Positions 1-12,820 of a DNA stretch of 64,000 nucleotides are shown piece by piece (the stretch's first letter is position 1; every line of letters starts with the position of its first letter). The position numbers were made by a program, and so were the translations under genes. Under the pieces are notes generated by a model that worked only from the letters and a program-made list of their open reading frames with translations, did no database searches and was not told where the DNA came from. Source of the stretch: Raillietiella orientalis. Taxonomy: Eukaryota. Location: contig JAYWIR010000053.1 of assembly GCA_036172245.1 (NCBI GenBank), forward strand, positions 558,001 to 622,000, written 5' to 3'.

Positions 1-1163
1 TAGAGTAACATACATTATAAAGATTGTCAAAAATAAATACATATGCTTATTACGTATATGAATATCTACTACATTTACATGTAGATGAATATACAAATTT
101 ATTTTTACATACGTATTTATTAGTATGCATGTTTTTAATATAATTCATATGTTTATTGTATATTTGAATATGGAGTAGTATATATTTCAAAGTTTGTTAA
201 AAAATAAGTTGAGTAAATATATTAACATATAAATTTATGTATAGATTGATGTGTATGGCAAAGATTATAGAAAATAAATACATGTGCTCATTAGATTAAA
301 ATATACATTAATATGCACATTTATTTTCAGATACACATGCGTTTAGTTAATAATGCATATTAATATATATCGTGAGCATTATAAAAAATTAACTTTAGCA
401 AATGTATTAATCTATATATTAATTTATATATCACTAAAATATCAGCATGTATAATGAACATGCGTATTTTTTTAGAATCTTTGTCACATGTATTTTTGTA
501 TATATTGATCAGTATGAAAATGTATACAATAAACGTATCAGTACTTATATTAATATCTATAATATATATATAATTATCATAAGAACACATATTTATCTGT
601 ATATTAATTTGCATTTTCATATCCATATTAATGTATGTAAGAAACATATGTGTTAGTTTTCAATAATCTTTATAATTTATGTTGATCTATACGGTATTCT
701 TCATATAACTTCACACATTACCATATGTAATAAGAGTGTGTATTTGTTTCTGAGATCCTTTGCGCCGATCTCCGACGGTCTTCCGAAAGTTCCGTGGGCC
801 GCCTCGGTCGGAGTTGCCCACCCCGTCGTTATCTTCGTGCTTTGAGGAACGCAGCCGCTCTTTCGACCGCAGTCCGGCTACTGCGGCTCTGTCCGTCCCA
901 GGCAAAGAGGTGTTGCTGAGGGCGGCAAAGGCGCATGGCAACCCGCACATCCAATTACCTTTTTCTTTTTTCTTTCTGAGTGCGCGTGCGCGCGTTTTGT
1001 TTCCTGGATTCGAAACGGAAGCAAAGGGAACCTTGTGAGGGTGGGAACCGCGCTGAAACGGACGGGTTTTATTTATTTGCGTATTTATTTACTACATAGA
1101 GGGGCATCGGGGGGCTGCCACGCACAGCCCCGTTTTGACCACTCGCTCTTCTTTTTTTTCCAG

Positions 1164-1553
1164 AGAATTCTCGCCATTGGGTGGTTGAGCGCGGCCGTCA
1201 CACTCATAGCACTCATACAAGGAGTCTACCGCTACCAACGGTTCGACTCCCGCTTGCAAGCCGGGGTGGACGTGTGGATCTACGCAGGCATCTCGAGGAG
1301 CGCTTGGGCTCTTGCCCTGGGGTGGATCGTTTTCGCCTGTGTGAATGGACAGGGAGGTCAGCTGAAGCTGCAGCTTGCTTGAACCTCATGCGGAGAGATT
1401 CGTCCTCCAGGAATAGTGAACGACATCCTTTCCTGGAAACCATTCAGACCTTTGGGAAGGCTGTCCTACGCGGGCTTCCTGCTGTCCTTAACTCTACAAG
1501 AGATGTACATCGTTAGCAGGAAGAGCCCCTTCCACTTCGACACGCTCACCTGG
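1164..1553 (+). CDS. C-terminal exons of an acyltransferase-3 / nose-resistant-to-fluoxetine-6-like membrane protein (5' part upstream of window)
   Basis: Exons 1164-1356 and 1411-1553 with a canonical 54-nt GT-AG intron give RILAIGWLSA...YAGISRSAWALALGWIVFACVNGQGGIVNDILSWKPFRPLGRLSYAGFL, the typical NRF-6/OafA-family motif. A probable last exon from 1623 looks frameshifted. Confidence 0.85.
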
Positions 1554-1767
1554 GTAAGTGGATGAGAGCTGAGAGGGAGCGGAGCAATCCCAAAATGACG
1601 AAAGAGTACCGTTCTCTGGCAGCATGCCTCGGAGGCGATGGAGAGCCTGCCCTATGATTTGGGAATGAGCTCCTCACGCTGCTGACTGAGTGTGCCACGG
1701 GTTCATCCGCGGATAGAGAACGCGCGACACAATCCTTCCAAGGACTTCCGCATTTCCTCAGAGCATG

Positions 1768-2170
1768 AGGCCCGCGTTGGCGGCCGTGCAGCTGCGGTCC
1801 GAGGGCGCGCTCCACCAGGCGTCGTGGGTTCGAGTCCCGACCGGGAAAGGATGGACGCCGAGGAATCGGGAATGCTTCGTGGGTTTTGAGTGCCCTCCGC
1901 AGTTCCTCTTCCTTCTCTTACCTTCCTTCTCTTCCCTTCTTCATCTTTGCTCTCTTCCTCCTCCTTCCCTCCTCTCTTTCCCTTCCCTTCGTCTTCGTTC
2001 TCGTCGTCCTTCCTTTCTCCCCCCTTCTCCTTCCAGGAACCAAGGATTCGGTTCCCTTCGGAGTCTCTTCCCTCCTGTTGTGAAGATGGCGCCGACACCC
2101 TTCGGAAAGGGACCCTCGTTCGCGTGCCGTTAAGCTGGTCGCCTTTCCAGAGTGCAAGAAGCGCCTTAGA
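1768..2170 (+). mobile_element. tRNA-derived SINE, 5' half (copy 1)
   Basis: Head GGCCCGCGTTGGCGGCCGTGCAGCTG...GGTTCGAGTCCC (box A/box B-like). Body 2036-2165 matches the reverse complement of ~3680-3810. Interrupted by a CT-rich tract. Confidence 0.7.
1905..2032. repeat. Pyrimidine-rich (CT/CTT) low-complexity tract
   Basis: Almost pure C/T run inside SINE copy 1. Confidence 0.8.
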
Positions 2171-3277
2171 AGGCGGTCCGGTGACAGGAACCTTTCCTTT
2201 CCTCTTTGCTCTGTGATTCTGCGAGATGGTTCCAGAATCCTTGCGGCCTTCTTGGAGCCAATTTTCTCGAGGGAGTCTCCCAACAGCGCACAGCCCCGTT
2301 CGGTAAGGAAACTTGGAATTCCACTGCCAGGGAATCGTCCAGCGTTCCCGCCGGGCTCTCTTCCCTCGGAAAGTCCTGTTTCGCATCCTTCCTAGCGCAC
2401 GATCCACAGCAGAAGTCGCCCTATAGGAAGCCTTACCGCGACGAAGGTCCCTCCGGTCTAACCCGCGGCCGCTTCTGCTTCATTCCGTTTACAGTGCGTT
2501 TACACACCTTCAGTTCGGGGGGAGGGTGTGAAGAGGAGGAAGGCAAAAAAGAAGTTTGCCTGTCTCCCCTTTGCCGCCTCCAGTTTGAGTCAGATCAAGA
2601 CCGACCCGTCCTCTCGCTGGACTCGACCGTACGATCGTGTCGCCTGCTGCTGTGCTCACATACCGCGCCGTAGAGCGCACCTTCGAAGGCAGCCGCGGCT
2701 CGCCCTTCCCTGCGGAAGGGCCCGTGCCCTGGCCATCATCTGTGGCTCCTAACGGCCTAGAACGGGAATACCACCAGCAGCCTCGCGACTACGGCCGTGA
2801 GGTGAGTCCCGTTTCCACCCGGTTTTCTCAGATCAATCTCAGAAATCGAGCGTCGAGCGCGTTTTCCGCCTGCAGCTCACCGCCTCTCGACTTTCCGGCC
2901 TCGCGGACAAAAAGAGCACCGTACAGTATATATAGATACATGTTATGAAGATTGTAGGAAATAATACATATGTTTATTATACCGATATGTACTGATACGT
3001 AATCCATGTCTGTAGAGAATGGATGTGTGGTTCTTTTTTTTTTTTTTGGCAATTGCATTATCCTGGTGAAGAGGCTTGCGAACCTCCGGGTTCCTCGGGA
3101 TCCAAGAGCATATCCCCTTTAAGAGTAGGCCCCCTTCAATAGTAGTTCTTCTTGAAGAGTGAGTCATCCTGGTGGAGAGGTTAGCGAACTTCTGTGTTCC
3201 TCAGAATTCAAGAGTAGGTTCTTGTTTGGGCTCTTCTGTCTTCTCTATTTTCCTTCCAACTTTTGTTTTTCGTTTTT

Positions 3278-4047
3278 ATTTTTTTTTGGTTTCGCCAAGC
3301 GCTGAAGACCCGTTTGCCTCCTTAGGGGGGGATCACGAAGCTCTTCAACGCTGTCCACCCCACCCGAGGGTGCGTATTACCCTTCAAGTTATAGGAGGCA
3401 ACCCCAGAAGCACCACCCTATGAATCCAGGAAGGCTCCGGAGGAAGCAATCCGTCCCTCCTGAGAGAATCCCTGTCCTGTTGTCTCCGAAGGGGACCCTG
3501 AAGCGAACTTCTTCCTTACTCTCCCCTGATAGATCCCCTCGGTTTGTGGGGGCCGCTTCTCATTCCTTCTTCGTAAGAAATCCGAAAAGGATCCGCTCCT
3601 GGGATTTCTTCTCCTGAGTGAACCCCCGAAGGGGCACTTCCCATTTTCTCTGGAGGTGGCGCTCCCCGAAAGGAGCAGCGCGCTTCTGACGCTCTGAAGA
3701 GGCAGCCAGCTTCACGGCACGCTATGGAGAATCCCTCCCCAAGGGGGGTTGGAGCCATCTCCACAACCGGAAGGACGATCCCGAAGGGAACCGGCTTCTT
3801 GGTTCCTGGAAGAAGCCCGGAGGATCGACTTCCCTCTCGGCCGCTGAACGGGAACGTCCGGCTTCCTCCAGTGCCGCACCGGAAGCCAACCGAGGTCAAC
3901 CAGCGCCATCTTGAGGGGAAGGAGCTCAAAACTCACGATGCACCCCTCATTTCTCTTGGCGTGGATCCTTGCCTGGGCGGGATTCGAACCCGCGCCGCCT
4001 GCTGCCGCGCGCGGAGGCCGCAGCCGCACGGCCGCCAGCACGGGTCC
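3278..4047 (-). mobile_element. tRNA-derived SINE, apparently full length (~770 bp) with poly(A) tail
   Basis: Minus-strand head GGACCCGTGCTGGCGGCCGTGCGG...GGTTCGAATCCC starts at 4047. The 3' part (gcctccttag...cacgaagctctt...ccctatgaatccaggaaggctcc) is shared with other copies and ends in a T-run on the + strand at ~3278-3287. Confidence 0.75.
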
Positions 4048-4686
4048 TCGATATCTTATTGAGAAAAGGAGCTCCATGTTTGTCTACCTGACCTCTCATT
4101 GTTGTCCTCATGATGCGTCTGTGGATGTCTTAAGGGTTCTTTCATTACCAGGGATGACCTGCCTGACGCCCCTGACCACGCATCCCGAGAGCGTCGAGTG
4201 TTCGAGGGCAGAATTTTCCTTCCCGATGTGCCTCTCGCTGGTAGTCCCCTTGGCGACTCCTCCAACAGCTTTCCCACTACTGAACGCGGGTGTCCTTTGG
4301 GGTGATTCGCGTGCCCGCATGTCTCAAGGGGTCAGCACCGTGTGCACCTCCCCGGGGAAGGTGAATTCGGACCGAGGCTGTTTGTCCGTCTATTGGTATC
4401 CGTCCCTCTGTTTGGAGAACTGGCGGATTTTCCATCGAGCTGCCTAGCGCTGCTGACGCGGGATCCTTACCCTCTGCAGTGCCAAGATTTCCTGGCGGCA
4501 GGAACTCGGTTCTTTGTACGAACTTTCACGAGTCCGCTCCTATGCACAACCGGAGGGGAACTCCCACTCCTTGATTCCTGGAAGGGACCCAGAGGTCAAC
4601 TGCCGTTGTGGAACTTCGTCGGGGGCATACAGTTTGAACCACTACTTGGCGCCGCTCCCGGAAGTAGGCCGAGCAGCGTTATCTCG

Positions 4687-4803
4687 CGGATGGGACTCGA
4701 ACCCACTACGCGCACAAACTCTTTGAGTCGATACTTGTCGAGTGAGTATTAGAACGCCAGGTGCCACACGCGAGACCGTAACTACATGGCCTCCGACGCG
4801 GAC
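4687..4803 (-). mobile_element. SINE head fragment with ~45-nt insertion before box B
   Basis: Reverse complement GGTCCGCGTCGGAGGCCATGTAGTTACGGTCTCGCGTGTGGCACC...GTGGGTTCGAGTCCC resembles the other heads. Confidence 0.5.
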
Positions 4804-5139
4804 CTCCGAGAAAACTTCATGGATGCCTCAAACCCTTCACACTTTGCTGATAGCCGCCAGCATTCTCCCAACCTCTTAGCCGCCCGGTTTATTAGCACGC
4901 AGCGAGCCATTGGAACTGCCACACCTGGACTATAGTAGTAGCAGTCGGCAGAACAGAAATGCTTTCGTTCTTACCCTCCCATCCAGTCCATGGTTCTCCA
5001 AGACACATCTGAGGTCAACCACTTTCATGAAAATAACCACTTTTATATCCAGACCCCTCCTCCAAAAAATGGCAGTCAGCAGCACTAGGCAAACACATCG
5101 TTCATCTGCCCTTCCCACCTCCCATTTTTCCAGGGTGGC

Positions 5140-5640
5140 CAGCGTCATCCTGCGGAGGGGGGACTGGAAAACCCATGACGCACCCATTTGTCGTCATCGA
5201 CCGTCCATACGGGATTCAGACCCGCGCCACCTGGTGCCACGCGCGGAGACCGCAGCTACGCCGCCGCGAATGCGGACCGACTCGATAAACCGCCCGCCTC
5301 CTTAGAGGAGCCTCACGAAACTCTTTGACACTGTCCACGCCAACCGAGGGTGCGCGTGACTCTTCGAGTTATAGGGATACACCCTACGAATCCAGGAAGG
5401 CTCCAGAGGGAGGAGTCCGTTCCTCTTACACTTGGTAGGGGAACCTATGAACCTCTTCATTGTTCTCTTCTGAGGGACCATCGGAGGGAACCCGGGAAGG
5501 ATCCGCGTCTCGTTTCCTCCTCCTCTGAAGAGAACCCGGAAGGGATGCTTTTAAGTCTCTCTGAAGAGCGCTCCCCGAAGGGAGCAGAGCGCTTCTTGCG
5601 CTCTGTGGAGGCAGCCTCCTGAGGAAGGCATCGACCATCA
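5140..5640 (-). mobile_element. Two adjacent SINE fragments (head 5140-5278; 3' body 5290-5640)
   Basis: 5140-5278 matches 3900-4047 (aaaacccatgacgcacccattt; degenerate box B). 5290-5640 matches 3315-3700. Confidence 0.7.
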
Positions 5641-6429
5641 TCGTGGTGCGCGATGGAGGGTCCCCGGAGGGGAAGGACAGCTTGATTTTCGCAACCCGAC
5701 GGTCAGAGACCTCCGGCCCGGAGCTCAGGGCGTCCAGCTCTCAGTGCCGAGGCAGAAGGCGGGCGGTTCAAATCCCGGCGACGATCCTCAGCGAAAAACA
5801 GCACGCGAAAAGAATCTGACATCACGAAGCATCGATCTGGGACCGCCGCAGTCCCGAGTCACCCGGACCTCGGGGAAGCTCAAGAGGCCATCTTAAAGTT
5901 CACCGGACTGCGGTTTCCGGGAAACGTGACCAGACACTCAGAGTCGTCTTCTGTGTTCAGTGGAGGAGTCTCGGCTGAACTGCAGGTTTCCACGGGGAGG
6001 AGGCGCTGCCCAGCAGGCGTGACTAGCCGACGGTACCTGATGATATGAGGAGCTGTCGGTTCTCGCACGACAGGGATCTTTGGCTCCTGTCACGGGACTT
6101 GGCTCAGACCGCTGCTGGTCCGCCGCGCAGGCTCGACTCCGCTTCGCTTGGGCCTGGAGGCCTCAGTTCGTCCAGGTATTTTGCACAGCTCCAGCTACCC
6201 GCGGAGACTTGCGCGAAGAAGAATCTCGACGAGTGCTCCGTCGCGAGGGTGGGCCGCACGGCAACGTGTGGTGCAACATTCCGTGGGTCCTCGTCAGTTG
6301 GTTGGTCCACCGGCAACGAAGGAGTGCTCAGGCTGGTTGTTCGCTGCCGGGCAACGAGCCGAGTCGACCGAAATGTCCGAACGTCCGGGCACCCAGCTCC
6401 GCGTGTCAACGAGGATGACCTCCCCTCGC

Positions 6430-6895
6430 AATGTGAGGGCGGCAGGTGACCCTTTTGATTGAGGAGAGAATGAAGAATGAAATCCCGTAATTCCTTACTG
6501 ATGATGCTTTCGGTCGCCTCTAACATGGCCGCTACCTCGGTCGCGCTAGAGAAAACTCCCTGCTCACTCCTCCTCGCAATATGATGCTTTTTTCTATTCC
6601 AGGCATACGTGTATCTGGCAAGCCTTGTTGCCACCATCATAGGAGCGCTTCCTCTTTCGCTCATCTTCGAATCTCCTTTCATGGTCTTGAGCAAAGTCCT
6701 CATGCAGAAGAGCAGAAACTGAGAGGAAAAATCCAGGATTTCTCGACGGCCATGTCACTCTGCGAAGCCATCCGATGGAGTTGCAATTCTTCGCGCGTCC
6801 GGCCTCATGAATGGATGATGCCTTCTTTCCAGCTTGCGTGCTTTCATTTCCGAGCACACTCGTTCTGGGAACACGCGGCTGCGCACTTCAGCATG
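6430..6895 (-). pseudogene. Possible degenerate THAP-domain / P-element-like transposase N-terminus
   Basis: Frameshift-joined MLKCAAACSQN...WLRRV...RNPGFFLSVSALLHEDFAQD loosely fits THAP spacing, followed by LRDFILHSLLNQK. Weak similarity only. Confidence 0.25.
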
Positions 6896-7072
6896 TAAAT
6901 TCTCCTCATCTTCGGTCGGGTAGCGGGGGAGCGAATTCCCTTCTTCGGTTCGCGTGCGAGGGTCGCCTTGACCTGCTCTGCCTCCCGCGCTGCCCGCGGC
7001 AAGGACTGCAGAACGGCTCTCCTGCTGTTGCGATACGAGCAGTGGAAACGACTGGAGATGTTGGGCTCAGGG

Positions 7073-7402
7073 CGAATCCCATAATTCGACTCAGCATTCT
7101 GAGACTCAGCATGATGCGACTGAGGATATTGCGACTCGGAACGATTCGAGTGAGGACAATACCACCCGAGACGATTCGATTTGGGACGGTTGGACTCAGC
7201 ATAATGCTCTGAGGATATTGCGTGCGACTCGTGACAATTCGAATCAAGACAGTTCGATTTGGGAGCATTCGAGTTAGGACAATTCGACTCAGCACAGTGA
7301 GCTGAGGAGAATGTGACTAGTGACAGTTCGATTCGGAGCAATTCGACTCGGGACAGTTTAATTGAGGACACTACGACTCACGATAATTCGGGTTGGGATT
7401 TC
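7073..7402. repeat. Degenerate ~15-bp minisatellite (consensus ~GACAATTCGACTCGG, ~20 units) bounded by short inverted ends; MITE-like
   Basis: Repeated attcgactc/attcgatt/gactcagca units. Ends cgaatccca ... tgggatttcg are near reverse complements. Confidence 0.75.
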
Positions 7403-10400
7403 GAAATCGCTAGGCGGGGGACCGAACGTATGCAGGAGATGAACCAAACGTGCTATTGGCATTTACGGAGTAATTCTGAGGAAGGGCGTTCCATCATCTT
7501 CATGCTCTGCTTCTACATCCGCGTTAACATTGGATGCGCATTCGATACTTTGCAAATGGAGTCGAACAGAAGCACGCTCCCTGATTACTCATCTAAAACG
7601 ACTAATGGAGAAAAACCATTTCTCTCCAATTCCAACGAGTTTCGCTTTCGATCATGGCAACCACGGTCTCAGTGCATCTGTGGTGATCCTTTTTTTTCTT
7701 CTTTGGCACAGCTAGAGGTGCTGCCTTGCTTTTGTGCAGATCTGTTTGTTTGGAGATTACCAGAGAGCGTGGAACCATCGATACCCTCTTGGACTCTCCG
7801 ACGTAACCGTTCGCGCTATGCCGAGTAGACAAAAGAGATCATCTGCCCTGAAAAAACGGAAGTAAGCAGAAGCGCTGCCGTCGGTTTCAGTGGATGGAAT
7901 TCAGTGGCACGATCTCGTGAACCTGATGATGATCGTTCTACTGGACGCAGCAGCAGGCGTGCTCCAAAGAAGTGTCCAGTCTGGGAAATGGTCTTCCGCT
8001 GTGAGGAGCAGGCAAACAGGGGATCTGTGAACAAGGAAGGATGGTTGAAAGAATGAGCAATTTATAATCTGGAAAAAAAAATTAAGCGATGAGGCCAATT
8101 TTGATAATGAAGTCAAAAGAATTGCGCGTTAAGAAGTGATCTTTCATCTTCCTGCAAGGAGCAAACCTCAACATTTACGACACGTGAGGAACTTGGAGGA
8201 CGGAACGGTGACCTGAGAGATACAGAAAACAGCAGATGACACTTTGGCGCAACCATTCAAGTACGGATGAGGACGTCGCATGACACGGACACCGTTTTTG
8301 GACACGACAGAGGGAATGATGAGGAACAAGAAGCTGTCCAATTGAAAAAAGCAGAATGATATGGCAAATTCTTGCTTTCGATCGGGCCCTTACTGTCTGT
8401 CCCATCGTTACTCTTTAGAGTGATCGGATCCCCTAGTGGAGAAGCGCAAAACCGAAAGGGCTGTTTCTTCTTTTAAACAAATTAGAGATGACAGCTCCAT
8501 GCCTTTGTCAACAAATCAATAAAGAAACGTACTTCTCGAAAATAAAATTATACATTTATCAAGAAAGCAATTTTTATAGTTTTTAATTCATTTGCTTCAC
8601 ATTGCATATCTGTAGAATTTGATTCCATTAAAAATAGTTATTTACATCATTTATCATGAAAATTTCATTTAATTAATTGCTAAGCAATCAAACAATTCAA
8701 ATTACACCTGGCATGGAATATAAGATCCATAATGAAATCTTTGAAAGGGTTGAAAGTATACCTTGATTAACGAGCTGTGTGTGCTCTTAGACTAATTTGC
8801 TTAAATAAATATAATTGCTTCAAATGAAGGGCTACCTTGAGACGTTGGCTTGTGGTAGATTTTCGTAAATATGAGCATCACTCCATAGACTAAAGACAAA
8901 GATCCCATGATAGTCACCAACGAGTTTTTTGAATTTCTTGAAAGCAAGCTTCAGTTTCAATTTTTCGGCTTAAAATAGAGTCACCCTTCCCGCGCGTTTT
9001 TTTTTTTTCCTTTTTAAGAACATTCAGACAGAACCGAGTACATTACGAGTCGATTTATCGACATATCCGGAACATAACATTCACATGGATTATGTGGTTC
9101 TCAGGTTTCAGGCTGGATCAATGTTTTCAGGGAAAATATGTGGAAATCGATTTCTATTCAACTTTTTGAGAATACATAACTCTGTTTCCTCCAAATTCAT
9201 AATTCGATACCTGGTTTTAGTGAGAATTCTGTGTTACATCCAGATATAGTCAAAGATGCAACGCTCTCTGTTGTAGAGCTTCTGCATTTTGCTGCTTGTG
9301 TGCCACTTGATTTGCCTCTTTAATATTTTATGGAATTGCAAAACAAACACTTTATTTATTGATGCCTCTCGATGCAGAATTGTTTCTTCCTAAGTATAAA
9401 CCAGTAATACATAAAATACTGTCGGACCTCTCCTTTGTCTGTATGCTGGATGCCATCCTATTTTGGTTCCTTTTTCCTCTATACTGAATCTACGATTAGC
9501 TTCGCACTATTCGTGCCAGAATGTGCAAGATGCAATCTGAAATTATAAAAATATGTTCTTTTATTTTTCCCACTACTATGATCGTGGCAGCGATAAAGAT
9601 AAAAGTAAAACAGGTTATTGGTCCATGTTCTATTGCAACGTCTAGGAGTCTCGATGTGAGAAAACTTATGACTTCCATTGTGATCGAATAACGAAAATTT
9701 CTGTTACGAGCAGAGCAATGAAATGCTCTGACAGACTTCGATTGAACTGTCATAATCAGTTGATTGGTGTGAGGAATCTTTTTGAAAGATCCGTTCGATT
9801 TGCAATTTGTCATCCTTGCAGATGTTTCCGACTTGATCTGGATCTTCAGATCTCAAACTCTGACTGAAGGGTTTCCGAAATTCGTTTCCTTACTCAGGGG
9901 AAGACCTACTTGAAGAACTTGCAAGCATCGCAAAGAATGCAAGAATGCATATTCAATTTAATCCATGCCAAGTTAAAAAAAGTGATATTGGCAACCATGC
10001 GGGACTCGGCTCGGCAAGCGCGAGGGGCTTTTGCCGTAGCTAAAGGAGTGGGCTCTTGCAGCTTCGAGGGAAGTGGGGTATTGCTGAGGTGGGGTGTAGC
10101 CGTCGGCTGCAGGTCGTGGTCAAGTAACAAGCCTTTGTGGATTTCGTGTTACAAGTGAACGGCGCCATCTCGATTGTTTTTTGTCTTTCATTCCCCTAAG
10201 CATCGGCACATCTTCACGTTTTTGCCATCGCTGTTGAAGGTTGTCCTCTGAAAGACTGTGACCAGCAGCTTTTGACATTGAGTCAACTTGGATGGTGTTG
10301 AGCCGTATTCACACAGACCATTGTATTATGTGAAAGTAACGTCATTTCGTTTGAATTTTCTTCGGTTGCGAATTTAGATGTGGGTATTTTTAAACTAAAC

Positions 10401-11002
10401 CCTTTGTTATTGCTATTGGATGTCGTGTGATTGCGATGGTATTCTGTTGAAAATTTGTTTCAAAACGTCACCAGGTTTTGTTTTGTTTTCTCACAAAGCT
10501 GCATGAGAAAACAATTACGTTGAAAATGAAATGAGTGTGGAGGTAGGTCTTAGAGTAAATTGATCTTACACCTTAGAGTAAATTGTCGACTGCACTACTT
10601 TTTTTGCAATATGAAAGTGGGTGTGCAGCACTTCTATGGGGTGCTGTAAGCTATTAGATTAAGAATGAGCTTTATTATTTTGTTGTGTGGATTGTCTGTA
10701 TCATTGAGAATTAGTTGTTAACGTTTGGGACATTATTTAGTAGATTGTTGTCATGGGTCATCTGTTACCTTGGCAAAATAATTATTTTTATTTAGAGAAT
10801 GTTTAACATGGTGACTAGACATGTGGAGGAATGATTTTTGATTAAAAAAAAAAAAAAAAAAGTGAATTGCAGTGAAAAGTATAATTTTCAGAAGTTACAT
10901 TCATTGGCTGCTGAAATACAGTTTCAGTTTAGATGAATTCAAAGATTGCACAAAATCTGCGCAATATGTGTAGCATATAGTTTCAGCATTGCCTACATAG
11001 CA

Positions 11003-12816
11003 ATGGCAAACGAGGAAGAAACCATTTTAGTGAAAAAAAGTAAGCCAATTCATTATGGCTCCCTCGAAGAGCAAGAAAAGCTGAGACTTTCTAAGGGCAG
11101 TGCAAACACAAAGCATAATGAAGACAGAAAAGATGGTTCATTACATGTTAATATCTCTAAAGGTTGCACAGAACTTGTTTGCAATTTGTGAAACATATTT
11201 TGTAGAATACATGGAAATCATTGAACCAGGACCAATGCCTAGAGATAAACAGTTCATGCTGGAGGAGTTTGAGAGAAGGAGAAAAGCTAGACAGATTCAA
11301 GTGTCCACTGATGATATTGAGGTCAAAAAGAATTTGCGAGAGCTGGGAGAGCCAATTTGCTTGTTTGGTGAAGGTCCTGCCGACCGCAGAACTAGACTTA
11401 GAGAGACCCTCGCAAAGTAGTCTTCGGTAACATCTGTTTGCATTGTAAGAAATTTCGTTCTTAGAATGGGAGAGAATGCGCTCAGAAGGCGGAAAGAAGA
11501 GGAAAGTGGCATGGGTGATGAAGAAAAGCAAGAAACCACATGGTATCATGAAGGTCCTGACTCTCTTCGCATTGCTCGCTTGTGGATTGCAGGTGGATAC
11601 TTTATCTGTACACTGACAATAATAATTATAATTATCACAAATAGAGTATTCGCTTCCTCGAAGTATGGCACGATTGGAGGCTGAAAGGCAGGAAAAAGCA
11701 CTTCCAAACACTACCAAAAATGCACGAAAGCAGGAACTGCATAAAAAAATCCGTGCCTTAGGATTGTGTTGCAGCCAGGTGGGTGATGTGCGACCCATCT
11801 CCTTTTGTGAGTTTAGCCCTAATTCACAAATATTGGCCACAGCATCATGGTAAGCACCATTTACAGCAATGAAATGGAACATCTTTATTAGGAGTGGTCT
11901 GTGCAAACTATGGAGCATTCCTGATTGCCAACTGATACATGTTCTCCGGGGCCACCAATCCACTGTAGGCGGAATCGTTTTCCATCCACAGGCTACTGTT
12001 TCCATGGATCCAGAATCATGCTGCCTTGCTTCTTGTGCTGGTGATGGTTCTGTCAAGCTATGGAATCTTATCAGGTAGGTTTGGAATCATTCTGATGCAG
12101 AAAGGTTTTGGTGCTCATCCCAGTGAGGAACCCATAGCTGATATTGAAGGCCATGCTCCGTACAGAGTGTCTAGATTACGGTATCACCCATCAGGACGCT
12201 TCTTGGCCACATGTGTCTTTGATCACAGCTGGAGGCTGTGGGACCTTGAACAACAGGCAGAGGTTTTACATCAGGAAGGACACTCTCAACCAGTATTTGA
12301 TATCAGCTTTCAAGTGGATGGCAGTCTGGCAGCAACTTGGTAAGCCACAAAGCTGGATGTTGAATGTCACAGTCTTTCAGTGGTTGGGATTCTTTTGGAC
12401 GACTATGGGATTTACGTACAGGTCGTTGTATAATGTTTATGGAAGGTCATTTACGGAAGGTGTTAGCCATTGCATTTAATCCAAATGGCTATCAACTTGC
12501 TACAGGTGGTGAAGACCACACATGCCGTCTGTGGGACTTGCGCATGCGCCAGTGTATTTATACCTTGCCAGCCCACAATAACCTAGTTTCGTCCTTGAAA
12601 TTTCCCCAAGAACAAGGGAATTTCATGGTTAGTGTGTCATATGACTGTGTGGTCAGTATCTGGTCCCATCCATTATGGCAACCCCTAAAATCCCTTCATG
12701 GTCATGATGGGAAAATCATGTATGTGGACCTCAGTCCAGATGCAAAGTACATTGCTACCTCATCATTTGATCACACTTTCAAATTGTGGACCCAGGACGA
12801 AGGTGGAGGCCAATAA
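11003..12816 (+). CDS. PRPF4: U4/U6 small nuclear ribonucleoprotein Prp4 (SFM motif + WD40 repeats), ~512 aa
   Basis: Exons 11003-11162, 11206-11416, 11465-11592, 11645-11849, 11892-12074, 12124-12339, 12381-12816 join in frame (1539 nt). Motifs [68 protein letters not shown]. Confidence 0.97.
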
Positions 12817-12820
12817 ATTT

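Noticed and set aside
360..656. Ile/Tyr-rich ORFs in the AT-rich block
   Set aside because: Low-complexity artefact.
3975..4047. tRNA gene (also 1768-1845, 5715-5785, 41700-41772)
   Set aside because: Box A/B-like motifs are present but no convincing cloverleaf; most copies are diverged and attached to a common SINE body.
6844..7371. Pentapeptide-repeat ORFs (HAESN/xxSNx) and a CRISPR-like appearance
   Set aside because: By-product of the 15-bp minisatellite; no unique spacers, no cas genes, eukaryotic context.
11157..12056. 299-aa minus-strand ORF
   Set aside because: Antisense shadow of PRPF4 exons.
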